Shown here: positions 37,620 to 50,462 of the stretch, in pieces | Layout: the number at the start of each line of letters is the position of its first letter | How positions within the stretch are numbered: the first letter of the stretch is position 1 | From: Azolla caroliniana | Lineage: Eukaryota > Plantae > Polypodiophyta | Direction of reading: 5' to 3' | DNA: 64,000 bases | Assembly: GCA_043228905.1 (NCBI GenBank) | Contig: JBHGNT010000005.1 | Coordinates: 18,228,001 to 18,292,000, forward strand | Translations under genes and position numbers: made by a program | Notes under the pieces: model-generated | Seen by the model: the letters and a program-made list of their open reading frames with translations, nothing else | Databases searched by the model: none | Told to the model about the DNA's origin: nothing

Positions 37620-40600
37620 TGGCAGGAACTGCACGCTCCCTATGCGCAACGCTCGGCCACAACCGAGTTTAGAAACATACATAGAAAAACGGGAATGGAT
37701 ACACGACACAAAAGAAGAGAAGAGTACATAGGATGTTTACGTGGAAAACCCAAACTAGGGAAAAACCACGGCAGCCCACAGGCTGCAAACTATCACTATG
37801 TTACAATGTACAACAATAAAGCACCGAGGCAACAACCTCGAGCTTTCTATCTTCGCCACAGGCGGCGATTACAACAGAGGCAACGACCTCTTCCTCTCTC
37901 TCTCTCTCTCTGTACACTGTTCCGCGCTCTCTAGTCTTGCGCCAACAAGAATGACAACAACAAAATACAAAGTTTGCCCTAAGTCATATTTATACTAATA
38001 TTACTTTTCGGCTATTTACAAATATAGCCCAGATGGACTCTCAGGAAACATATTTATGAATATGTCCCTTCATCCGGTGAGCACTCCTCACCGGGCCTGC
38101 ATCATCCGGCTCTTGTCGGGCACTCTTCATCCGGTTCTCACCGGGTCTTCACCATCCGGCTCTTGCCGGCTACTTCTAATCCGGTTCTCATCGGGTCTTC
38201 ACCATCCGGCTCTTGCCGGGTACTCCTCATCCGGTTCTCACCGGGTCTTAATGTAGCCGGGTACACCACATCCGGTTCTCACCGGGTGTTCCGTTGCCGG
38301 GTACTTGTCATCCGGTTTCGGCCTCGGCTGAGTTTTCTCATCTGTACTGTTCTTCTCATTTCCCATCCGGAGGGACTTGTTTCCTAACAAAGTCCCCCTT
38401 CACTCCGGCATGGGATGTCTCACTAGTCTGATCCGCTTCCGGCATGCATCCAGCTTGTCGGGTATCAGTACTTTGGTCAACATATCTGACCCGTTCTCCG
38501 CTGTGTGGATCTTCGTCAGTGCGAACTCCTGGTCATCTACTCTTTCCCGGATCCAGTGATACCTTCGCTGGATATGCTTCGTCTGGGAATGGTAGGCCGC
38601 ATTCTTAGCAAGGTGGATGGCACTTTGACTGTCGCAATAGAGCCGGTTTTCATCTTGCCGGATACCGAGCTCTCCGATGAAGTCCTTCATCCATAATATT
38701 TCCTTGCCGGCGTCCACAGCCGCCATGTACTCCGCTTCCGTGGTTGATAACGCGACCATCTTCTGCAGCCTCAACTGCCACGAAACAACTCCCCCTGCAT
38801 ATGTCATTACATACCCGGATGTAGACCGGCTGGTATCCACATCAGCCGACATGTCCGAATCGATAAAACCGTGAAGTTGAGGTTTTCCGGAGCCGAATCG
38901 AAGACACATATTTGAAGTGCCCTTCAAATACCGGAGTATCCATTTGACCGCGTTCCAGTGCTCCTTGCCGGGATTGCTCATAAACCGGATCACCACTCCG
39001 ACTGCGTATCCTATATCCAGTCGGGTACACACCATTGCGTACATTAAGCTCCCGATGGCAGAGGCATATGGAACCTTCATCGTATCCGCCTTCTTTGCTT
39101 TCGTCTTCGGGCTTTGCTTACCGGACAACCTGCAGTTTGCCGGAAGTGTCGATCCAACCGGTTTCGCATCTGACATGTTGAACCGCTGAAGCACCTTTGT
39201 CACGTATTTCTCCTGTGACAACCACAGTTGCTTCGTTGGCCGGTTCCGGATGATATGCATCCCCAGCATCTGTCTTGCCGGACCCAAGTCTTTCATCGTG
39301 AAGGTTCGGTTGAGAGCCTTCTTCAGCATCCGTATTCTGGCTTGGTCCCGTCCAACGATCAACATGTCGTCCACGTACAGAAGGAGTATTAGGAAGCCGC
39401 CTCCTTCAAACTTCTTCACAAACACGCAGTGATCGGCCTGCGTCTTGTGGTACCCTTGATCAGTCATGAAGGAGTTGAACTTCCGGTACCATTGTTGGGG
39501 AGCCTGCTTCAGTCCATACAGGCTCTTCTTCAACCGGCATACCAGGTGCTCCTTTCCCTTCTCCACGAATCCTTCCGGTTGCTGCATGTAGATCTCCTCT
39601 TCGAGGTCACCGTGAAGGAATGTCTTCTTCACATCCAGCTGCTCTACCTTGAGGTCCATGCTTGCCGCTATACTCAGCACCGTCCGGATGGAGGTCATCT
39701 TTACTACCAGGGCAAATATCTCGTCGAAGTCCACGCCCTTCTTCTGCTGGAACCCCTTGACCACGATCCTGGCTTTGTATCTCGGGGGGTTGCCGGCATC
39801 TCCCAGTTTCAAATTGTACACCCACTTATTTCGGAGTGCCCGCTTTCCTTTCGGCAACTCCACCAATTCGTACGTATGGTTCTCATGCAGGAAATCCATC
39901 TCATCTTGCATGGCCCTTAACCATTTGCGGTTGTGGGTGTCATCCTTCGCCTCTATGAAGCTTTCTGGCTCCCCCTCATCGGTTAGCAGCACATGCTTTG
40001 CATCCGGAAATCTCCAGGGGGCCCTTCTCTCTCGGAGAGGATATCTCCATCTTTGGGCTTCGGTAACCGGGCCCTCCATTCTCTCTTCATCCGAATCCGA
40101 TTCGGGGTCTTGGCCGGTTTCGGTTTCAGCTTCCTCTACTTCTTCTTCTGTCGGTTCGGTATCCTCACCGTAACCGGCTGGTTCCTCGAGTGTTAACCGG
40201 TCTCCTGCCGGTTGGGTCTGCTCATCGTAGAATCGATCCTTACCGGTCGACTCGGAGTTCATTATCTTCTTCTCCGACTCCCAGTCGGCGAGCGTCTTGT
40301 CCTCCATGAAGATAATATCTCGACTCTGGAATACCTTCTTGTCGACCGGGTCCCACACTCGGTAGCTGAACTCATCATCACCGTAACCGAGGAATATGCA
40401 TGGCCGGGTCTTTGGATCTAACTTTCCTCTCCGGTCCTTAGCTACATGCACGTACGCAAGACACCCGAATACCTTCAGATGCCGGTAGGACACTTCCTTG
40501 CCGGTCCATACTCTCTGTGGTGTGTCTCCGTCCAAGGGTACTGAGGGTGATCTGTTTATCACATATGTCGCCGTCGACAGTGCCCCAACCCAAAACTTCT

Positions 40601-42749
40601 TGGGTAGTTTTGCATGTGCCAGCATACTCCGGACCCTCTCCATTATGGTCCGGTTCATCCTCTCGGCCAGCCCATTTAGTTCTGGCGTCTTCGGCATGGT
40701 AAATTCGAGCCGAATTCCCTTCGAGCGTCAGTACTCCTCGAACTGCCCCCGGTATTCACCTCCGTTATCTGCTCAAACCACCTTCAGCTTCCGGCCGGTT
40801 TCTCTTTCCACTCTCGCGTGGAGCTCTTTGAAGACGGATAACACCTGATCCTTTGTCTTCAACGGTGTGGCCCACAGCTTCCGGCTGTGGTCATCTATGA
40901 ACGTCACGAAGTACTACGATCCGGCATGTGACTTCGTGTCCACTTGGCATACATCAGTATGCACCAACTCCAGTGGTGCATTACGTCTCATCGGTGGCTT
41001 CGATCGGAAGGAGGTCCGGTTTTGTTTACCGGCCAGAAAATCCATGCACTTCTCCAAGTGCACGTTCTTCACTGGAATGAGGTTGTCGTCTACAAGCCTC
41101 TTCATCCCCTTCTCGTTCATGTGACACAGGCTTTTGTGCCACAGCTCACCGGCAATGTCGGATGCCACATTCACTTCCTTCGGACATAACCGGGCATTCA
41201 TCAGGTACAACGTGTTTACCTTCCGGGCCCGAGCCACAATCAGGCTCCCTTTGTTGAACTTCATAACACCGTTCCGGATGCTACCCGTGTAGCCTTCATC
41301 ATCTAGCCGGTCGGCTGATATCAGGTTCAGACGAACCTCCGGAACGTGTCGGACATCCTTCAACAGGAGCTTGCATCCGGTTGGTGTTGTCAGCCACACG
41401 TCTCCTATGCCGACAATTCGGCATGTACCTTCATTCCCCATCCAGACACAACCGTGATCACCAACTGAGTAGGATGAGAAGCATTTTTGGTCCGGGGTAA
41501 GGTGGAACGACGCTCCGGAGTCGACCACCCAGGTCATCTCGTCGCCGGCAAGGTTTAGCTCACTCTCCTCGGTGATGAGCATCAACTCTTCTTCACTTGC
41601 CGCGATTGTCGTCGTTCCCTTCCGGTCCGGCCCCCTCCGGTCTTTTTACCGTTCCGGTCCGATGTCCGCTTTGAATCGGTACCGTCGGTTTCCTTGTCTT
41701 TTAGGAAGTGCCGACAGTTCTTCTGGAAGTGTCCCGGCTTGCCGCAATAGAAGCAAGTAGGCATCCCCCTTGACTTTGACCGTGTCCCCGACTTTTCCCG
41801 GTTCTGGGGGCTACGGTTCCATTGTCTTCCGCGTTCCGATTTGGTAAGAAGCACTTTGGAGTCGGAGCTCGTATCCTTATCTTTTCGAGGCACCTCCTCA
41901 TCTGGCAAGCTCGACATCACTCTTGCTAGGGATAACCGTTTCCCTTCTGGCCCGGCGTTGCCCAAGGTGACAAACAACGTCACCCAGCTATCTGGGAGGG
42001 AACTGAGCAGGAGAAGCGCTAGTACCTCATCGGCGAGAGGTACTTCCAATGATGTTGCCTGGTGAATCAGCCCCTGGAAGGCATTCATGTGCTCCGCCAT
42101 GCTGGAGCCATCTTGGTACCGGAGTCTTACTAGCTTCCGGAATACCGAAACCTGATTAACAACATTTTTGTTTTGAAACATAATGTTGATCTTCTCCCAG
42201 AGCTCATGAGCCTTGCTCTCTTCATTGAAGTTGTTGTATAGAATCATGTCGATGAAGCACCGTATGTACGTCGTTGTCTTCATGTGCATCACCTCCCATA
42301 TCGTGGCGTCGATTTTGTCCGGTCTCTTGTCCCCGAATTGGACCGGCAACCAAAGCTCTTTAACCACGAGCATGTCCCGCATCTTCTACTTCCACACCGA
42401 ATAGTTGGAGCCGGTGAGCTTGAACATGCCTCCCAACGAATCGTCCATTTTCTGTGTCGTTTCGCTCTGATACCACTTTGACAGGAACTGCACGCTCCCT
42501 ATGCGCAACGCTCGGCCACAACCGAGTTTAGAAACATACACAGAAAAACGGGAATGGATACACGACACAAAAGAAGAGAAGAGTACACATGATGTTTACG
42601 TGGAAAACCCAAACTAGGGAAAAACCACGGCAGCCCACAGGCTGCAAACTATCACTATGTTACAATGTACAACAGTAAAGCACCAAGGCAACAACCTCAA
42701 GCTTTCTATCTTCGCCACAGGCGGCGGTTACAACAGAGGCAACGACCTC

Positions 42750-42789
<40 letters not shown>

Positions 42790-43287
42790 CATTGTTCCGC
42801 GCTCTCTAGTCTTGCGCCAACAAGAATGACAACAACAAAATACAAAGTTTGCCCTAAGTCATATTTATACTAATATTACTTTTCGGCTATTTACAAATAT
42901 AGCCCAGATGGACTCTCAAGAAACATATTTATGAATATGTCCCTTCATCCGGTGAGCACTCCTCACCGGGCCTGCATCATCCGGCTCTTGTCGGGCACTC
43001 TTCATCTGGTTCTCACCGGGTCTTCACCATCTGGCTCTTGTCGGGTACTTCTCATCCGATTCTCACCGGTTCTTCACCATCCGACTCTTGCCGGGTACTC
43101 CTCATCCGGTTCTCACCGGGTCTTCACGTAGCCGGGTACTCATCATCCGGCACTTGCCGGGTACACCACATCCGGTTCTCACCGGGTGTTCCGTTGCCGG
43201 GTACTTGTCATCTGGTTTCGGCCTCGGCCGAGTTTTCTCATCTGTAATGTTCTTCACATTTCCCATCCGGAGGGACTTGTCCTAACA
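37620..43287 (-). mobile_element. Near-complete copia D nested in gypsy B
   Basis: LTRs at 37620-38389 and 42479-43287; TSD ATATG; PBS at 42464-42475; PPT just inside 38390. LTRs contain CCGG-rich tandem units. Confidence 0.95.
38400..42448 (-). pseudogene. Copia D gag-pol with a few stops and frameshifts
   Basis: ORFs 41582-42382 (gag), 40914-41585 (PR/GAG-pre-integrase) and 38400-40697 (IN-RT-RH, LLYVDDML). Confidence 0.92.
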
Positions 43288-46200
43288 ATATGGAGGGAGC
43301 CGAAAAGACTAGATGGCATACCACTTCGAGTAGTCGGGACAAAAGAGCAACGAAACCAGATAATATCTGAATTTCACGAATCCGATTGGGCTGGACATTG
43401 GGGAACATGGGCAACATTTGTGAAGATCAAGCAAAGATATTGGTGGAAGAATATGTACAAAGATGTTGCGGAGTTCACGGAAAGCTACAAGAAATGCCAA
43501 GTCTACTCCGGGGTTCGACACTGAGATGAGTTACATCCGACATTCTCACCGACAATCAACTTCAAATTGATGGTCGACATTGTAGCCATGCCAACCGGAA
43601 TTGGACAAAAGAAGTACTTGGTGTTAGCTCAAGAAGATCTCACAAACCAAGTAGAAGGTCCAGCACTACGGAGGAAAACGTGTTCTGTGGTATGCCAATT
43701 TCTTTTGGAAGAAGTGTTTTGTAGGTAGTGATTGCGGATCGGGGAGAACTCGACTCTGATAAAGCTAAGGAATTCTTCGCCAAACATGGAGTACGGTTAA
43801 CACTAACCACGACATACAATCCGGAAGCCAACGGGAAGATCGAACGAGGACATAGTCCAATCGTCAAAGCACTTGCAAAAGTATGGGACGGAAGGGTGAA
43901 GGATTCACCGTAGATGCTCCTGTATGCACTATGGGCGGATCGCACGACGCATAGTTCCGTGACCAGTTATATGCCAGCTAAACTTATGACCGGAAAGGAA
44001 CCGGTAATGCCGACAGAAACCGCAATTGCAACATGGACAGTTCTACCATGGAAGGAAGAAATGAGCTGGGAAGAACTACTAGCGGTCCAGATACGACAAC
44101 TAGAGGGAAGACCGGAAGACATAGAGGAAGCAGCACGCCGACAACAAGAAGCGTGGTTCCGGAACAAAAGTCGATTCGACACAAAGCATCGACTACGGCC
44201 ACGAAAGATTGAAGAAGGAGATTTGGTGATTGTCTATGACAGTAGTTTGGATCATCAACATACAACAATACGGAAGTTCGCTAAGAGGTGGTTCGGGCCA
44301 TACGAGGTTCGGAAATTTTTCGACAACGGAACTTACCGACTATGCGAGTTGGATGGAACAATACTACGGGTGCCTATCGCGGGGAAACGAGTGAAGATTT
44401 TTAAGAAGCGGACTAATGGTGAACCTTATGTAAGCTTAGACAAGACCGACAACGAGGAGCAATCCGACAAAGCTTGTGGTGATGCTGAAAGCGAAGAAAG
44501 TGGTCTACAATTGATAGTTGATATAAGGGAGGAATTGGAAAGTGCTACAGATGAAGACGAACAACAGGCATCGGGAACTTCGGCACATACCAGAGGATGT
44601 GCGGGTTTGGAGGGGGCGAGTGTCGTAGTGTAATTCGCACACTACGTGAAAATTGCATTTTGGTCCCTCCGGATGGGACAAGGAGGAACCGGTAAGGAGA
44701 ACCAGTGAGAACCGGATGAAGGATGGAACCGGTAAGGAGGACCCGGTAAGGAGACCCAGTAAGAACCGTATCAAGCAGAAATGGCAAGAGCCAGATAAAG
44801 AAGGCCGGTGAAAGTCTCTCACCGGATGAAGAGACAAATTTGTAAATAGAAGAAAAGATTGTTACATGCATAGGGCAGGATTCGAACACTGTACCTCCAT
44901 GTAAATAAACCAAAACTTTACTATTGTAATAACTTATCATAAGTGATATATGACTTATATTTACGCCTACTTTTACAAGAAGGCAGATCATGCACTTTTA
45001 GAGTGGGTGAAAACTTTATCTAGAAGAAACAAGCAAACAAAAGAAAAGTTACTCATGCATGCTTAGCGTGCATGAACACTGCATTTAGGAAAGGGAAAGC
45101 ATGGTTGAGAGGAGGCAACTCATGCACACCTAGTGTGCATGAACACTTTAGGGAAAGCATGATCCTATGCTTAGTCTCTTCCATCACTATATAAGGAAGA
45201 GAGAAAGATGTATTTGGGGGGTTGATTATTTTTGTAAGGATTGACCAATATAATATAATATATTCATGGGATTCACGAATTTGTCAAAAAACATTGTCTC
45301 TTACTATCTAAATACTGATTAAGTACACTAAACTCAGGGGATTCACGAGATTCATAACTTACCTCTCTTTCTACCTATTCATTACTAGCCTTATCTCATA
45401 TTCTTCTTTCTCCTAGTCCAAAACCTCAGTGGTTCCCACCCGACTCACGCAACGATCCAGAACCGAAAGGCACGACAACGTGTCTTGTTGTGCGGCATAT
45501 TTCTTGGCGGCCTCAATATGCGTTCTTTTTTCTTCTAAGGCTTGGAGCCATAACCGTTTTTGTTCCAATACCAAGTCACTATGCAACTATCCTTTCTTCT
45601 CAATTGACATTTGTTTAGCTCCATGGACAATTGTACTTGGCATACAAAGTAATAACTGGCAACCACCTTCAAGTTCCGATGTTATAGAAGATGAATATTG
45701 TTTAGCATACAAAAGCATAGAACCACTTATTTCATTTTTCTTTATCATAAAAATATGATTGAAGCTTATATTGTTTAACTTGGTGAGCACTTTAACATTC
45801 CCAACACCCCCATCTGATATATATCTTTTAAACTCATATGCCTCCTTCAAGTGTAACACTTTTGGGCGTGGTGTATATGCATCACAAATGACATCAAATA
45901 GTTTTGGTAATGTGAAAGCATCATGCCGAGACAACTGTCTGGAGAATGTGCTAGACATCTTATCTATATGATCATGTGTGTGGCCAACCAAAAGAAAATT
46001 GACTTTCACTTTTCTAAACAATCCTTGGTTGACCAATATACTTAGATAGCCAAACACAGTTGAATTTTTGTTCTCTATAGTAGTATTGTCCAATTGAATG
46101 TATAGAACAGGGGGGAACGGTTGGCCCCAAGACATCAAAACTCGGTGAATCACTGTAACTATTAGGTTAGGGTCATTGTGAACATTGGGGTATGTAATGA

Positions 46201-46899
46201 AGACGTGAGGTCCAACTGACCTATTATAAGCCAAGCATCCCACAAGGTGCATTTGAACAAGGCACTCATCATTGACGTCTTTGGTGAGCCTCTGCATATG
46301 CGGCAAGCACATCTTCTTCTGGTCCATGCCATCTATCATTAAGCACATGTATTGTTTGGACCTCTTCAAACACTTCTCTCTACGATGCATCACCTTCTTT
46401 CGTTCTAACGATTGTGCCTCACGATGCTCTTGTAGTAACTTCTTACTCATATCCTTTTCCATTGATATCTTTGCACCTTTAGCCAAACTTTTAAGATTTG
46501 CACAAATGGAGCAATACCCCATGCGTACTTTACGTGGAATGATAACATTTGAAAACCGAGCTCTCCATAATCTTGTGAATTGGCTATATGTGACAAATTT
46601 ATTACGTGAGCCCACCATATCAGATCGATAGACATCATAAACTTCTTGACGTGTGTAATTATCAGAGAGGTGCATCCTACCTGTAGTGGGCATTACTTCA
46701 CAATTTAACTGAAAGTAACTTTTCATCCAACCAATAACATGTCTTCCAATTGCACCTTTCATACTTGGAACCTCTTTACAATTGAGCATCTGATCCCCGC
46801 TAAGTAGACGTTGTTGTACTCTATGTAGTTGCATGTTACTAACACATAACACAATTTTGAATGCAACTCTACATATCTGTTGCGCATGGAAGATATAAT

Positions 46900-49881
46900 T
46901 GTCAAGACTGAGAGAGAGAAAGAGAGAAAAAGAGATAGAGAGATAATTGAAGAGAATTATTGTATTGAAGCGTAAAATGGATTACAAAGAGTAGGCTACA
47001 AAATGGCGTTGAACCAATTTAGGTTTGGGATGGGTGGTAGATCCCTATTTATAAGTAATAGAGAACACTCTAGAATATTCTAGGTTATCCTAGAATGTAG
47101 AGTAATCTAGAAGATCTCTAGAGTATTTTAGAAGGTTCTAGTGGTATAGAACACTCTAGAATATTCTAGGTCATTTTAGAATGTAGAGTAATATAGAATA
47201 TTCCTATGATATTAGATTTCATATTCTAGAGACTATACATATAAGAATATTAATACAATGGTTAAGGATTTGACATGTGTACAACAAGGTTGTGGGTTCA
47301 AATCCTTTCGAGTCATAATGTGAGTGTTATGATCCTTTCAATGCATGATGTGAGTGTTATCATGACACTATCCCCCTTCTTCGACGACACGTCTCACGGG
47401 TCGTAGGGTTTGTATTAGGACCTGGTTTACAATGATATTGGCGATGAAATGCATTGGAAAGATTTGCGGCAGGTTCCCAAGTTCGATCGTTCGGGGTATA
47501 ACCTAGCCAATCGACTAAGTAATACAGCTTGTGCCGTCCAAGAACTCGACAGGTGGTGGGGGTGTCGTAAGTCAGCCCGGAATTGAACTTGTAGTATAAG
47601 GTTCCAAAAGGGATACATGAAACACTGGATGAAGATGCATGTGCGGAGGGAGATCAAGACGAAATGCAACATCACTTATCTTACCAGTGATCATGTAAGG
47701 GCCAAAATGTTGGTAATCCAATTTACTGCAAGGTCGAGTGGTCTTGATGTTGTGTTGGAGAAGCCATACATGATCCCCAATGCGGAACTTTTTTGAGGAG
47801 TCTAGACGATGACGATCGGCAAGCCTCTTGTGTGTAAATTGAGCATCGTGCAAATTGTGGAGAATGTTAGCTTGAATTTCTTGGAGGCGATTAAGACGAT
47901 CCTCGGCAGCAGGGTTGGTAGGAACTTCTGGATGCGCATTCATCGTCCACCGAGGATGACAACCCGTATTTGCGAAAAATGGGGAATATCCTGTAGAAGA
48001 ATGGGCTGAGTTGTTGTAAGCGAATTCCGCTAAGTGCAAAAAAGCAACCCAATCATCTTGTTGATAGTTGATGAAACAACGAAGATATTGTTCCAATGTC
48101 TGGTTGGTACGCTCTGTTTGGCCATTTGTTTCAGGATGATAGCCCAAAGAAAGCTTAACTGAAATGTGGAGAAGTTTGAACATGTGCTTCCAAAACTTTG
48201 AGATGAATTGTGGACCACGATCACTAATAATATCATCCGGCAGACCATGATGCTTAAATACCTCCCGCATAACGAGATCAGCCGCCTCTTGACTAGTAAT
48301 CGACTTTGTACATGGCAAGAAATGTGCCATTTTGGTAAATCGATCAACCACTGTGAGAATTGCATCAAAACCTTTTGAAACTGGGAGATCAGTAATGAAG
48401 TCGAAGGATATAGACTTCCAAGGAGTTTCCGGAATGGGAAGAGGTTGTAGTAAGCCATAGGGTCAGTGACGAGGATTCTTTGATCGACAACATATATCAC
48501 AACTCCGAACATAGGGTCGGTGGATGCTGAATGCGCATCCAGAAGTTCCTACCAACCCTGCTGCCGAGGATCGTCTTAGTCGCCTCGAGTTGATGACCCC
48601 GCTATGATAACTCTTCATATTGTTGAGCTTTTTCGGCACTCACGTGTTGTAGATCTCCAAGTAGCCTTTGATTCTCATGCTCTAATGCCACAAATTTATT
48701 CGTGACCATGTCGAGCTCAGAAAGAACACGCATGTATTCTTGTTTGCTCACGGAGAAGAGAAGGAAGAAGAGAACTTGTTAGGATTTGTGGAAGATGAAG
48801 AGATGAAAGGAAAAAAATTGGTTCAAATTGTCAAGACTGAGAGAGAGAAAGAGAGAAAAAGAGATAGAGAGATAATTGAAGAGAATTATTGTATTGAAGC
48901 GTAAAATGGATTACAAAGAGTAGGCTACAAAATGGCGTTGAACCAATTTAGGTTTGGGATGGGTGGTAGATCCCTATTTATAAGTAATAGAGAACACTCT
49001 AGAATATTCTAGGTTATCCTAGAATGTAGAGTAATCTAAAAGATCTCTAGAGTATTCTAGAAGGTTCTAGTGGTATAGAACACTCTAGAATATTCTAGGT
49101 CATTTTAGAATGTAGAGTAATATAGAATATTCCTATGATATTAGATTTCATATTCTAAAGACTATACATATAAGAATATTAATACAATGGTTAAGGATTT
49201 GACATGTGTACAACAAGGTTGTGGGTTCAAATCCTTTCGAGTCATAATGTGAGTGTCATGATCCTTTCGATGCATGATGTGAGTGTTATCATGACACTAT
49301 CCCCCCTCTTCGACAACACGTCTCACGGGTCGTAGGATTTGTATTAGGACTTGGTTTACAATGATATTGGCGATGAAATGCATTGATGAGTTCTGCAACA
49401 TTGGAAAGATTTGCGACAGGTTCCCAAGTTCAATCATTGGGGTTTTACGCTTCAATACAATAATTCTCTTCAATTATCTCTCTATCTCTTTTTCTCTCTT
49501 TCTCTCTCTTAGTCTTGACAGTTTGAACCAATTTAGGTTTGGGATGGGTGGTAGATCCCTACTTATAATTAATAGAGAACACTCTAGAATATTCTAGGTT
49601 ATCCTAGAATGTAGAGTAATCTAGAAGATCTCTAGAGTATTCTAGAAGGTTCTAGTGGTATAGAACACTCTAGAATATTCTAGGTCATTCTAGAATGTAG
49701 AGTAATATAGAATATTCCTATGATATTAGATTTCATATTCTAGAGACTATACATATAAGAATATTAATACAATGGTTAAGGATTTGCCATGTGTACAACA
49801 AGGTCGTGGGTTCAAATCCTTTCGAGTCATAATGTGAGTGTCATGATCCTTTCGATGCATGATGTGAGTGTTATCATGACA
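46900..49881 (-). mobile_element. Rearranged chromovirus (Tf1/Tcn1-like) derivative with three LTR copies
   Basis: 468-bp LTRs at 46900-47367 and 48829-49296, plus a rearranged one ending 49881; TSD ATAAT. Integrase VDRFTKMAHF..GPY and chromodomain YLVDWLGY...TWEP; most of gag and RT deleted. Confidence 0.9.
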
Positions 49882-50462
49882 ATAATACTCGAATGATACC
49901 TTTGATCCCCATAAATTTGTCAGACACTAGTTGCATATGTGACCCGAGGTAAGTGTCTTGCTCATCACCAGTCATCGAAAAATTGTATCGCCTTAATTCT
50001 CGCAACTTTGATTTTCCAATCATAAACATACAACCACAGGCACACCATATTTTTTTGACATCAAATCCAATCTGCTTATCTGATGTCACCAAGTTTAAAA
50101 CTAGCCAGACGAATTCTTCGTGGGATTCTTCTAATATGCATAGGGTTGCCACATTTCTCTTCTTGCATAGAAGTTCGTGTAACCTTGTTACTATCCAATT
50201 CTGTGTTGTGACCATTGCCCATGATATTCGATGTTTCATTGCCACTACCTTCATTCTCCGTATCTTTATTAATATCGTATTCTTCAATAGAGAACTCTTC
50301 ACATGTGTCATTATTCACATGCGTTGTAGGTGAAGATGCGCTCAAACAATATTCTTCGATAGAAAATGGTGAGTCTGTTGACAGACAATACTCTTCGATA
50401 GAAAACGAAGAATCTAATGACAAACAATATTCTTTAATCGAGAATGGTGAGTCTTCACTCAT

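Larger units (their letters stand above)
33604..45477 (+). mobile_element. Gypsy element B (same lineage as A, decayed)
   Basis: LTRs at 33604-34309 and 44621-45477 (5' LTR lacks about 150 bp); TSD ACGT; Trp PBS. Gag-PR (IDHGSEIN) ends GGATTTTTAG. RT N-terminus deleted near 36556. Integrase at 43290-44420. Confidence 0.93.
32848..50462 (-). pseudogene. Sola-like/DUF7869-type DDD transposase in three pieces (50462-49882, 46899-45478, 33603-32848)
   Basis: Motifs CACGC..EQDTYL, ICRVAF, CSIC, IDGMDQKK, LYIQLDN..ENKN and FLLVGHTHDHID. The pieces rejoin when TSDs are collapsed (FEYY|IFHAQ and AAQQDT|SWWDV). One internal TAG and N-terminal frameshifts. Confidence 0.82.
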
